Assembly: GCF_025273655.1 (NCBI RefSeq)
Contig: NZ_CP045921.1
Span: 150,001-182,000, forward strand
Origin: Candidatus Saccharimonadota bacterium
GTDB lineage: Bacteria; Patescibacteriota; Saccharimonadia; Saccharimonadales; Saccharimonadaceae
Reading direction: 5' to 3'
Length of the DNA stretch: 32,000 bases
A program made the translations under genes and the position numbers. The first letter of the stretch is position 1. Every line of letters starts with the position of its first letter. The notes below the pieces were generated by a model. It did not search any database and was not told the origin of the DNA. It saw only the letters and a program-made list of their open reading frames with translations. Shown piece after piece: positions 14,732 through 23,897 of the stretch.

Positions 14732-17700
14732 TGCACTACGAAAAATCGATATACCACTAATTGGAATATTTGCTATCCTGGTACTCTCTGTAAGTAGTAT
14801 TGCCGCGATGTGGTCAACCTCCCCGGCAGCCGCTAAGCAGCCAGGCCCTCCATATAGCACACCAATGTCTGTGCGCGACGATGGTTGCTACAGTACACTT
14901 GGCAGCGTCAGTAATATCACGAGTATCTTGGGGGGCGCGAGCTTTGGATTAGTAAACGCAATCGTCAACGTACCCGTCTACGACTGGGATCAGACGCCAG
15001 ACCTAGCGTTTACAGCGCAAGATACAGCGCTTGGTTTTGGGAGCGAAGGGCTGCGTGGACAAATGGGCGGGCGTGTCGTAGGCTATGCGCAGGACTTCGA
15101 TTTCAAGGTGACACCAATTCCAAATCTGATGTGGATGGGTCGATATTTCGCTACGCAGCTGCCGTATGATATAGCGCAAATACAGTCTATTGCATCTGGT
15201 ACACCAAATGCCTATCAGCTCGCAAATCCTACATACGGAACAGCAGGGAACCCATACATTGCTAATCCGTTCATCTATCAACAGGGTGCAATCATATACC
15301 CAAATGGTATCCCGCGATTCCAGATTATTACTGGCCCCTTGACTGACCCTGGTGGGGCAAATAACTGGCTCCAGAGCCTCAACCCTGCTCTTATGCTCAC
15401 GAATCTTCAGCAGATGTTTGGCGCAAGCAACACTATTCTATCGCAGAATAGTGGTATCATCGATCAAGTCAAGACTGGCAATCTCAATCAAATTGTGGGC
15501 AACCTAAATGCCTCTGCGACAAATGTAATAGGTGCTGCTGCACGAACGCTTGTTGATATGCCGCCGCTCTCTGCTGCAACCGTACAGTATAACGTCAACG
15601 GCGATGCGGCAAATGATAATTGTTACGAAGCACTTACTGGTAGTAAAAAAGTACCAACCTATGCGTTTTCTGTACTAGATACAGCTATCCCTGTAACTAT
15701 ACCAGGTTGGCTCTATACGCCGATAACGCTACTCGATGGCAAGGGCTTTTCATCGTCTGGTATGACGCTCTATCCTCCGGGGAGTGTCAATGGCAAGGAT
15801 CTCCTTGATTGCTACGGTCGTGGTACCCAGCCAATTGTGACAGGATCCGGTAAGTGGAAACTGCGAGATTTTACCATTGGTTACGGTGGAGGAACAGGTG
15901 CAGCACTACCATTTGGTTGGATTGGAGGATTTGCTAGTTATGCGATTAATGTGGCGATTGCCAATGCAATTGTAGCGGCCGGACTTGCCGCCGACGCCGC
16001 GGCACCTGGCAGCGGTTCGTCAGTGGCGACGGTAGCACTGAGTCTTCCTTCTATTGAGACGGCATTTGAGACGTACACGAGCGGCATGGTCTTCGCGTTT
16101 ACACTCCCTACGACAAAGAACATGCTGACGGGTAAGATCACTAAGCGCGCAATCAATCGACTCCCAAGTAAGTTGAGCAATCGTGTGGTCGATTACGACA
16201 AATCAAAGGAGTTTAGTGTCAATGTACGCCACTTAATAGGCTCAGATGGCACAAATCACGCCCTGTCGCAGAATGGTAAACAATTCAATCCTGACCTATA
16301 TGCTGTGCTGAAGAAGCCGTACGAGCTGACACCAGTATTTGAAATTGATAATACCTCGGACGCACGTCGAGACAAACTTGATGGTACAACTGTTAAGGTG
16401 CATATCGACAACAAGAAGACTGGCTTTGAGACGGGCCAGACAACTATTCATGATAATAACAATGTCTATCGACAGTCATCACGTGATAAGGGCGGTCCAA
16501 CATATGACGATAACGAAGGCGGCAGTAATCGGGCATTCACTAAAGCCAGTGTCTATCGAATAGTCATGAAACCAGGTGTCATACCGAACGCAATTGATAT
16601 CGACAAGATTGCCTCTGGTACGAAGACTGCATATACAGGTGCAACACTGGGTGCATCGACCGACTCCTGTGCCTTTCTACGTCAGAAGCTTGCGGTAGGC
16701 GACACAGATACTGGTAGCTCAACCAGGGCGAACGTTTCTCGGCTTACAAACGGCAACGCAAATAACGGACGCCCAGAGTTTACGGCTGATTCTGTGCAGT
16801 GTGATTATGCTAAGCGTGCCGATGGTAGCCAAGTGCGTGATGTTGAGGTCCGTATGGGTAGCAATGATGCTCTCCAGAGTCTGTACGATATCGATGAGAA
16901 GATTCCAGCCGAGACTGAGCCTGGCACAAAGTATTGCTATGCGGTGTATTACGATAGCTATGGCAACGACATAAAGTCAAACGGAGAAGAGTGGTGGGGC
17001 CAAGTATATAACCCGCTCACGCAGCGAGGGGCGATCAACTACAATCCGAACTATAGTGCAGAGACAGATAAGCGCTATCTCTCGAAAGCAAAATGTATCA
17101 TCTCGGGCTACAAGCCAAGTATGCAGGTGCGCGGCGGAGACCTGATGGTGAACGGTGGCGTCTACACTGGTACTAACACCAAAGAGTTCTTGGCATCAGG
17201 TGCAACACCGAAAGAGCAGCGTACCTACGGTAGCTGGGTCGAATACGGTGTGATCTCCTCTGGCCCGGTAGTGAACCTGGGTAGCGGGGGCATCTATCGA
17301 ACAGGGCTTACTCCATCACTTGAGGAACTCGGTTTCCTGACATTCGCCAATAACCGTAATAGTTCGAACCGACATGACTATGGAAACTACGCAGAGCAAG
17401 TGGATGATGGGTTCGCTCGAGTGACACGTCAATTTACTTCGATGAGCGGGCAGGCGAGTACGCAGGTTGAGACGGCGACAGCGGTAAATCTATCCGATCT
17501 TCAGAGCGGGGTGTATCGACTCAGGCCAAACGCCACCGTCGATATCACGACAAACGGCGAATTACCTGCTAACCGATCGATTATCCTGCTGGCGCAACAG
17601 GGAACGATTGTCAATATTGCGTCGGATATCCGTATCCCACTGCAATATAGCTCGATAGGTGATATCTCGCAGGTCGTCCTGGCACCAATCAGTGACGCGA

Positions 17701-18062
17701 CTGGGTATGCTATTAACGTGAACTATAATGTCAGTCAGGTGGACTCGTGGTTAATCAACCCCAAGGGTAGTATCAATACATGTCGTACTACGGAACCAAC
17801 TGCCAGCGTCGAAAACATTCCACGATCGACTGGTCGCTGCGATAACACGCTGACAGTGAATGGGCCAGTGTCTGCAGATCTACTCCTCTTACGACGCAAC
17901 GGAGGTAAAGATCAGGGCGATGAGACGACAATCGCGCAAAGTATCCCAGGCGAGAACTTCAACCTGCGCCCCGATGCGTATCTATGGGCAGGGAACTATG
18001 TAGACAGTGCTGGTAAGAAGTACGTCACCACAAACGCAGTTGACTTACCACCTCGCTACTAA
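14718..18062 (+). CDS. Large (1114 aa) secreted or surface protein of unknown function
   Basis: RBS AAGGTGG (14705-14711). Signal peptide or anchor IPLIGIFAILVLSVSSIAAMWSTSPAAA. An internal Gly/Ala-rich hydrophobic segment occurs near aa 388-440. The composition is Asn/Gly/Thr-rich, typical of extracellular beta-rich proteins. I recognise no catalytic motif. Confidence 0.8.
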   Translation: MSINSALRKIDIPLIGIFAILVLSVSSIAAMWSTSPAAAKQPGPPYSTPMSVRDDGCYSTLGSVSNITSILGGASFGLVNAIVNVPVYDWDQTPDLAFTAQDTALGFGSEGLRGQMGGRVVGYAQDFDFKVTPIPNLMWMGRYFATQLPYDIAQIQSIASGTPNAYQLANPTYGTAGNPYIANPFIYQQGAIIYPNGIPRFQIITGPLTDPGGANNWLQSLNPALMLTNLQQMFGASNTILSQNSGIIDQVKTGNLNQIVGNLNASATNVIGAAARTLVDMPPLSAATVQYNVNGDAANDNCYEALTGSKKVPTYAFSVLDTAIPVTIPGWLYTPITLLDGKGFSSSGMTLYPPGSVNGKDLLDCYGRGTQPIVTGSGKWKLRDFTIGYGGGTGAALPFGWIGGFASYAINVAIANAIVAAGLAADAAAPGSGSSVATVALSLPSIETAFETYTSGMVFAFTLPTTKNMLTGKITKRAINRLPSKLSNRVVDYDKSKEFSVNVRHLIGSDGTNHALSQNGKQFNPDLYAVLKKPYELTPVFEIDNTSDARRDKLDGTTVKVHIDNKKTGFETGQTTIHDNNNVYRQSSRDKGGPTYDDNEGGSNRAFTKASVYRIVMKPGVIPNAIDIDKIASGTKTAYTGATLGASTDSCAFLRQKLAVGDTDTGSSTRANVSRLTNGNANNGRPEFTADSVQCDYAKRADGSQVRDVEVRMGSNDALQSLYDIDEKIPAETEPGTKYCYAVYYDSYGNDIKSNGEEWWGQVYNPLTQRGAINYNPNYSAETDKRYLSKAKCIISGYKPSMQVRGGDLMVNGGVYTGTNTKEFLASGATPKEQRTYGSWVEYGVISSGPVVNLGSGGIYRTGLTPSLEELGFLTFANNRNSSNRHDYGNYAEQVDDGFARVTRQFTSMSGQASTQVETATAVNLSDLQSGVYRLRPNATVDITTNGELPANRSIILLAQQGTIVNIASDIRIPLQYSSIGDISQVVLAPISDATGYAINVNYNVSQVDSWLINPKGSINTCRTTEPTASVENIPRSTGRCDNTLTVNGPVSADLLLLRRNGGKDQGDETTIAQSIPGENFNLRPDAYLWAGNYVDSAGKKYVTTNAVDLPPRY

Positions 18063-18066
18063 CTCT

Positions 18067-18097
18067 CCAAAACTCCCGCAGCAAGCGGGAGTTTTGG
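18067..18097 (+). terminator. Rho-independent terminator (CCAAAACTCCCGC-AGCAA-GCGGGAGTTTTGG)
   Basis: A 13-bp stem read directly, starting 5 nt after the stop at 18062, with a U-run within and after the 3' arm. Confidence 0.8.
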
Positions 18098-18114
18098 ATT
18101 GACGGTAAATGTGC

Positions 18115-18144
18115 TTGCAATCTGATATAGCGCTTATGTATAAT
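18115..18144 (+). promoter_or_regulatory. Candidate promoter of the pilus operon (TTGCAA-18 nt-TATAAT)
   Basis: Hexamers at 18115-18120 and 18139-18144. The first plausible pilM ATG downstream of the -10 is at 18155. Confidence 0.4.
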
Positions 18145-19201
18145 GAGAAGCAACATGAATATATTCAAAGGGCTGGGCGAATTCTTTGCGCTAGATATCG
18201 GCACAAAATCAATACGAGTTGTACAACTGACAAAAGTATCTGATGGGCACTGGAAGCTTGATCATGTTGGGTACTCTGGGCTTGATCCGAAGATCATCGC
18301 AAGCGACTCCCCAGAGAGTCGCAAGAAGCTTGGTAACGCGCTTATGTCAACGATTGGTCAGGCAGGCATCCATGTCAAAGACGTTGCTGTTGGCCTACCT
18401 TCTGCTAAGACGTTTACGACAGTGATTGAAGTGCCAATGATGAGCGACACCGAGCTGCGCAGTACACTTAAGTATCAAGCTGACCAGTATATCCCCATGC
18501 CGCTTGATGATGCCAAAGTAGACTGGACCAAGCTTGGCCCTTCACCAAATGATGCCAAGAAGCAAGAATTACTTCTTGCTAGCACCGCTCAAGTATACGT
18601 GGAAAATCTTATTGAAACGATCGATTCACTCGGCTTCAATGTGATTGCCGCTGAGCCGGATCCAATTGCACTTACTCGCTCACTCTTGCCGCACCAGCCT
18701 ACCGGTGCGCACGTAGTGCTCGATATCGGTGAAATGTCGACAGATATCGTCGTGACTGTCGGAGATAAGCCCGTACTTGTGCGCACACTACCGATGGGGC
18801 TGCGGGCACTGGTAAGCGCGATTGTCCAGAATCTTAACATCAAGGAAGATCAGGCGACACAATTTGTCATCAAGTTTGGTCTCGCGCCCGATCGTCTCGA
18901 GGGGCAAGTATTTCGTGCGATCGAGACTGTACTCGATAACTTTGTGTCAGAGATTATCAAATCAGTCAAATTCTTTCAGAACAAATATACTACCGAATCA
19001 GTGACGAAAATTCACTTGTCTGGCTATGCTGGTGTGATCCCGTTACTCGCAGATTATATAGGCAGCAAGACACAGCTCGCAACAGAAGTCACAAGTCCAT
19101 GGCAAAAAGTTGCAATCTCGGAGTCGGAGCGTCAAAAGATTCTTGCGACTGAATTTGAGTTTGCGACGGCTGTCGGTCTCGCCCAGAGGGAGGTTGAGTG
19201 A
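18143..19201 (+). CDS. pilM: Type IV pilus assembly protein PilM (actin-like ATPase fold)
   Basis: FALDIGTKSIRVVQL is the phosphate-1 motif, with VLDIGEMSTDIVV further on. The length and its position ahead of pilN/O fit PilM. The true start may be ATG 18155, because 18143 lies inside the -10 box. Confidence 0.85.
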   Translation: MRSNMNIFKGLGEFFALDIGTKSIRVVQLTKVSDGHWKLDHVGYSGLDPKIIASDSPESRKKLGNALMSTIGQAGIHVKDVAVGLPSAKTFTTVIEVPMMSDTELRSTLKYQADQYIPMPLDDAKVDWTKLGPSPNDAKKQELLLASTAQVYVENLIETIDSLGFNVIAAEPDPIALTRSLLPHQPTGAHVVLDIGEMSTDIVVTVGDKPVLVRTLPMGLRALVSAIVQNLNIKEDQATQFVIKFGLAPDRLEGQVFRAIETVLDNFVSEIIKSVKFFQNKYTTESVTKIHLSGYAGVIPLLADYIGSKTQLATEVTSPWQKVAISESERQKILATEFEFATAVGLAQREVE

Positions 19202-20001
19202 TGGTTCAGGTCAATCTCGTCCCAGACGTGAAGCTCGAACTGATTCGGGCACAGCGTCATCGTAATATGATTATTTCTGTCGCTATCATCACGATGATCG
19301 CATCAGTTGGTGTTATTGTGCTACTCGGGACTTTCATTGGGTATCAGGCGGTACGCGAAAACTGGCTCACAAGTGATATCAAGAAAAAAGATCAAGAGTT
19401 TCGGAATAAGCCAGATATTGATAAAACGGTGACTATTCAGAATCAGCTGGCCAGTATTCAGGCAACTCATGAGCAAAAAGCGATGACGTCTCGTATATTT
19501 GACTTGCTAGTGGAAGCAGGTGCAACTGGTACCGATAACAGTGTGACATACAACATGTTCAATATTGATACTAACGAAAAGACGATTTCGCTCGTTGCTC
19601 AGACGGATAAACGGGGATTTGACGCTGCTGAAGTATTCCGCAAAAATATTGAAGGCATGAAGCTCTATTATCTGTCGTACGACGGGGATACGGGTAAAGA
19701 TAAGATTCCAAATGAATTCCTGGAGACGCCAATCACTGAAAAGAAAGGTGAGGAGCAGAGTGTTTCGGTTGCGCACGATGTGACTTTATCGGATCTTTCG
19801 TATGCTGAGAATGATCAAGACAAGCGCAAGACAGTGAGCTTTCGGCTGACATTTACCTATGATCCGCTACTGTTTGATGAGAAGATTGACGTGTTGCGTA
19901 TTCGAGGCCTCGGCCGCGGCAATGTGACTGATTCATATCAGCGTATTCCAGAGTCATTGTTTGAATCGAGTAGTGCAACTAGTGGAGGGCAGTCGCGATG
20001 A
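19198..20001 (+). CDS. pilN: PilN-like pilus alignment protein (extended, 267 aa)
   Basis: The N-terminus VNLVPDVKLELIRAQRHRN followed by a single TM (MIISVAIITMIASVGVIVLLGTFIGY) is the PilN signature. The start overlaps the pilM stop (GTGATG). Confidence 0.7.
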   Translation: MMVQVNLVPDVKLELIRAQRHRNMIISVAIITMIASVGVIVLLGTFIGYQAVRENWLTSDIKKKDQEFRNKPDIDKTVTIQNQLASIQATHEQKAMTSRIFDLLVEAGATGTDNSVTYNMFNIDTNEKTISLVAQTDKRGFDAAEVFRKNIEGMKLYYLSYDGDTGKDKIPNEFLETPITEKKGEEQSVSVAHDVTLSDLSYAENDQDKRKTVSFRLTFTYDPLLFDEKIDVLRIRGLGRGNVTDSYQRIPESLFESSSATSGGQSR

Positions 20002-20675
20002 AAAAAGACGTAGAAGGAGTCATCCGCAAACGAAACCTCATCACTAAGACACGCAAAACAGTGATGTTTTGGGTGGCGGGTGCATCCTGTGTGCTAGGTG
20101 CAGCGCTAGTCGTGTCATTCATGCTTGTTCAGACGATCATGTTCAACGGCAAAGTAATTAATATGAAAAAAGACACAGCTCAAACTCTTCAAGACAATAT
20201 TGATGCGGTGCCGGAACTTGAAGCAAATATTCGTCAGCTCAATACAAATGAGCAGCTTGCATCGGTCGGTGTAACTACTGAAGCTAAGCCAATTCAGTCA
20301 ATACTCGACGCACTACCAGCCGATGAGAACCGGTTGGCTCTGGGTGCATCGTTACAGCAAAAGCTATTTGCAGGTATTCCAGGGCTGTCGGTAGATTCGC
20401 TGTCAGTGGATCCGTCGGCCGATGCTTCACAGGTTGAGGCTACCGAAGAACTGCCGGGTGGAGTCAAAGAACTAGCGTTTTCTGCTGCTATCTCTGGCAA
20501 CTCGGAGTCACTTAAGCTTGCGCTTCAGCGACTCGAAAAATCAATAAGAGCTATCAATGTGAAGTCGATCAATGCAACTAGTTCAAGTAGCGCTGTTTCA
20601 CTTCAGATAACCGGTACTGCATACTACTTACCAGCGCCAAATCTTGAGCTTACAAAGAAGGAGGTTAAGCAGTAA
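19998..20675 (+). CDS. PilO-like pilus alignment protein
   Basis: A single N-terminal TM (VMFWVAGASCVLGAALVVSFMLV) is followed by a coiled-coil and a C-terminal domain. It occupies the position after pilN. ATGA overlap with pilN. Confidence 0.55.
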   Translation: MKKDVEGVIRKRNLITKTRKTVMFWVAGASCVLGAALVVSFMLVQTIMFNGKVINMKKDTAQTLQDNIDAVPELEANIRQLNTNEQLASVGVTTEAKPIQSILDALPADENRLALGASLQQKLFAGIPGLSVDSLSVDPSADASQVEATEELPGGVKELAFSAAISGNSESLKLALQRLEKSIRAINVKSINATSSSSAVSLQITGTAYYLPAPNLELTKKEVKQ

Positions 20676-21034
20676 TGAAACGCAGTGAAATTGCTATGAT
20701 TATTCTGATCGCCTCGCTGAGTATGCTATTTACTTTTACACTGGCGCAATCACTACTGGGCGACAAGGTGAAACGCAAGGCTTCGGTAGAGCAGGCAACT
20801 ACGATTTCTAAAGAGCTGGTACAGCCCGCTAAGCGCACATTTAACAAGGATGCGGTGAACCCGACTGTTGAAGTTTGTGTAGAGAAGATGCAGACCGATG
20901 CAGACGGATCTACGCCTGACAGTCCTGACTGCACGGGCTCTGATACGACTACTACCCAGGCAGAGGAATCGGATAGCTCACAGGACCAGCCGACTACTAC
21001 ATCGTCAGGGCAGGCAACAAAAACAACTAATTAA
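20675..21034 (+). CDS. Small membrane-anchored protein with Ser/Thr-rich acidic tail (pilus-locus specific, unknown)
   Basis: RBS AAGGAGG (20658-20664). TM IAMIILIASLSMLFTFTLA. C-terminal tail TGSDTTTTQAEESDSSQDQPTTTSSGQATKTTN. TAATG overlap with the preceding gene. Confidence 0.6.
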   Translation: MKRSEIAMIILIASLSMLFTFTLAQSLLGDKVKRKASVEQATTISKELVQPAKRTFNKDAVNPTVEVCVEKMQTDADGSTPDSPDCTGSDTTTTQAEESDSSQDQPTTTSSGQATKTTN

Positions 21035-21048
21035 GGGAGGCTAGGCAC

Positions 21049-22806
21049 GTGTCATCATTACTGACCACCGACATTCAAGACAAGCTCAGGAATGTCCTCA
21101 TCGACGAGGGTCTGGTAGCACGTGAAGTCATAGAGCAGGCTGAAGAAGAGGCCATGACGACAAATCGTCAGCTTGTCGCAGTACTTGTCGACAAAAAAAT
21201 AATCGACGAAGAGCTCCTGACGCACTCGATTGCATATGTGTCGGGTGTACCATATGTTAATCTCACGTCAACGATTATTAGCCAGGAAGTATTGTCGCTT
21301 CTTTCGCCAGATACTGCAGAACGGTTTATGGCGGTACCACTTGCGGAAGTGCAAAATCGTCTTGCGGTCGCTATGATTGATGCCAATAACGTGCAGGCGG
21401 TCGACTATTTGGCGAATGTGATTCAGCGTCCGATAAAAGTCTTCATGGCTTCTGAGACGAGTGTGCGTCACATCCTAGAGCAGTACAAGACCGATCTTAG
21501 CACTGTTGACGAAGCGGCCGAGGTGTCTCAGACCGAGAATAGGGAGGCGACTGCTGCCAACGTTAAGACGATCGTACAGGACTCGCCAATTAGTCGTGCG
21601 CTGAGCACTATCCTCGAATATGCCGTCAAGACGCGTGCAAGCGATATCCACATCGAGCCACTCGAAACAGTGCTGATGATTCGTTTTCGTATTGACGGCG
21701 TGCTACGTGAGGTTATGAAGCTACCCAAAAGTATCGAGCCGGCACTCGTCAGCCGTATTAAAATCTTGTCCGAACTTAAGATCGACGAGCATCGTGTGCC
21801 GCAGGATGGACAGTTTGGTGTTAATGTGTCGGGCAAAGAAGTTGACCTGCGTATTGCCATTAGCCCTGTGATTTGGGGTGAGCAAGTCGTCATTCGTCTC
21901 CTCGACAAGACGGGCAATACGTTTGATCTGCACGAGATGGGCTATGCCGGTCGTGCGCTACGCACAATTCGTAAGGGTGTACACCGTCCAAACGGCATGG
22001 TGCTCACATCTGGCCCAACTGGTTCTGGTAAGTCGACCAGTCTCTATGCGCTGATCAAAGAAATCAAAGATGAGTCGATCAACATCGTCACGCTGGAGGA
22101 TCCAGTGGAATACAAGATGAGTGGTGTGAACCAAATCCAGGTGAACGCAGAAGTTGGACTAACATTTGCCAACGGACTACGCTCTATCCTGCGTCAGGAC
22201 CCCGACGTGGTGATGGTAGGTGAGATTCGTGACGCAGAGACGGCCAATCTAGCGGTCCAGGCTGCATTGACTGGACATTTGGTGTTTAGTACACTTCACA
22301 CCAATTCGGCAGCTGGCGTGCTGCCACGCCTCCTCGACATGGGTATCGAGCCGTTTTTGATCGCGAGTACGGTGAATACAGTAATTGGTCAACGCCTCGT
22401 GCGTCGAATTGCGAAAAAACGTGATATTTACCAGTCGACCGCTATCGAGACGCAGAATATCACCTCGACGATCGGCCATCTACTTCCAAAGACTAAGGAG
22501 GAAGTGGCAAGTGTGGCTGAGGATATGGGGTACGAGAGTTTGCCGCTTGCAAACCAGGCGAGCTATGATCTCGCGGCGGGCAAGGATACGCCAGTGAGCC
22601 CGGGCGGGTATAGCGGGCGAGCGGGGCTATACGAGGTCATGGATATTTCCGAAGAAATCCAGAAACTTATCACTACCAGAGCTACAAGTGCCGAGATTCA
22701 ACGAGTAGCGGTGGCACAGGGTATGGTAACGATGCGCCAGGATGGCTATCTCAAAGCGATCAATGGCATCACGACATTAGAAGAAGTTAACCGAGTGACG
22801 GTATAA
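21049..22806 (+). CDS. pilB: Type IV pilus extension ATPase PilB (GspE family)
   Basis: 585 aa. It has an N-terminal T2SSE_N-like domain, Walker A GPTGSGKST, the Asp box, Walker B DPDVVMVGEIRD and the His box LVFSTLHTN. GTG start after AAGGGAGG. Confidence 0.95.
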   Translation: MSSLLTTDIQDKLRNVLIDEGLVAREVIEQAEEEAMTTNRQLVAVLVDKKIIDEELLTHSIAYVSGVPYVNLTSTIISQEVLSLLSPDTAERFMAVPLAEVQNRLAVAMIDANNVQAVDYLANVIQRPIKVFMASETSVRHILEQYKTDLSTVDEAAEVSQTENREATAANVKTIVQDSPISRALSTILEYAVKTRASDIHIEPLETVLMIRFRIDGVLREVMKLPKSIEPALVSRIKILSELKIDEHRVPQDGQFGVNVSGKEVDLRIAISPVIWGEQVVIRLLDKTGNTFDLHEMGYAGRALRTIRKGVHRPNGMVLTSGPTGSGKSTSLYALIKEIKDESINIVTLEDPVEYKMSGVNQIQVNAEVGLTFANGLRSILRQDPDVVMVGEIRDAETANLAVQAALTGHLVFSTLHTNSAAGVLPRLLDMGIEPFLIASTVNTVIGQRLVRRIAKKRDIYQSTAIETQNITSTIGHLLPKTKEEVASVAEDMGYESLPLANQASYDLAAGKDTPVSPGGYSGRAGLYEVMDISEEIQKLITTRATSAEIQRVAVAQGMVTMRQDGYLKAINGITTLEEVNRVTV

Positions 22807-22824
22807 GGCAAAAGGAGACGGGAT

Positions 22825-23895
22825 ATGACAAATCAGGAACTCAGAATCGAAGTACTACTCGAAGAAGTCGTGCGCAAAAAGGCATCCGACTTGCATATTC
22901 AGGTTGATCTGCCGCCGATGCTGCGCGTCGATGGTTCGCTCATACCCGTCCCTGGTACCGACAAGCTCGACGAAGCGACAGTGGAACGCCTCGTGTTTAC
23001 GATTCTGGACGAAGATCAGCGTCAAGTACTGATGAAAGACAAGGAGTTCGATTTTAGCTTTGCATTTGGTACACTTGGTCGTTTTCGTGTCAATGCGTTT
23101 CACGAACGTGGCAATCTCGCGGCGGCGCTGCGCCTTATTCCAAACGAGATCAAATCAGTCACCGAGCTTGGTATGCCGCCTGTTGTCATGAAGTTTGCTG
23201 AGTACCCGCGTGGACTCGTGCTTGTGACAGGACCGACGGGTAGTGGAAAATCAACGACACTTGCCTCTATCGTCGACAAGATTAACAGCGAGCGCGCGCA
23301 CCATATTATTACGATCGAAGACCCGATCGAGTTTACGCATAAGTCGAAGAAATCTGTAGTAGTGCAGCGCGAAATTCACTACGATACGTATAGCTTTTCG
23401 GCGGCGCTTCGCAGCTCGCTGCGCCAAGACCCAGATGTGGTGCTGATTGGTGAGATGCGTGACCTCGAGACGATTAGTGCAGCGATTACTATTGCTGAGA
23501 CCGGACACTTGGTATTTGCGACACTCCACACCAACTCAGCGGCGCAATCTATCGATCGCATGATTGACGTGTTCCCGCCTCATCAACAGCCACAAATTCG
23601 CTCACAGCTAGCAAATATCTTGATGGCAATCTGTTCGCAGCGCCTTGTGCCTGCTATCGGTGGCGGGCGAGTAGTCGCGGCAGAAATTTTGGTAGCAAAC
23701 TCTGCCGTGCGTAATATTATCCGCGAGGGTAAGAGTCATCAGCTTGACGCCGTGATCCAGACTGGTGCTGAGCTTGGCATGCAAACGATGGACCGTACGC
23801 TCGCCAGCTTGGTTCAGGCTGGCACAATTACGTACGATGAAGCGCGTAATTACGCAGTTGACTTGGGTGAATTTGAAAGGATCGTACGGGGATAA
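22825..23895 (+). CDS. pilT: Twitching motility / retraction ATPase PilT
   Basis: 356 aa. ASDLHIQVDLPPMLRVDG, Walker A GPTGSGKSTT, HLVFATLHTNSAAQSIDR, and the PilT signature AVRNIIREGK. Confidence 0.95.
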   Translation: MTNQELRIEVLLEEVVRKKASDLHIQVDLPPMLRVDGSLIPVPGTDKLDEATVERLVFTILDEDQRQVLMKDKEFDFSFAFGTLGRFRVNAFHERGNLAAALRLIPNEIKSVTELGMPPVVMKFAEYPRGLVLVTGPTGSGKSTTLASIVDKINSERAHHIITIEDPIEFTHKSKKSVVVQREIHYDTYSFSAALRSSLRQDPDVVLIGEMRDLETISAAITIAETGHLVFATLHTNSAAQSIDRMIDVFPPHQQPQIRSQLANILMAICSQRLVPAIGGGRVVAAEILVANSAVRNIIREGKSHQLDAVIQTGAELGMQTMDRTLASLVQAGTITYDEARNYAVDLGEFERIVRG

Positions 23896-23897
23896 GT

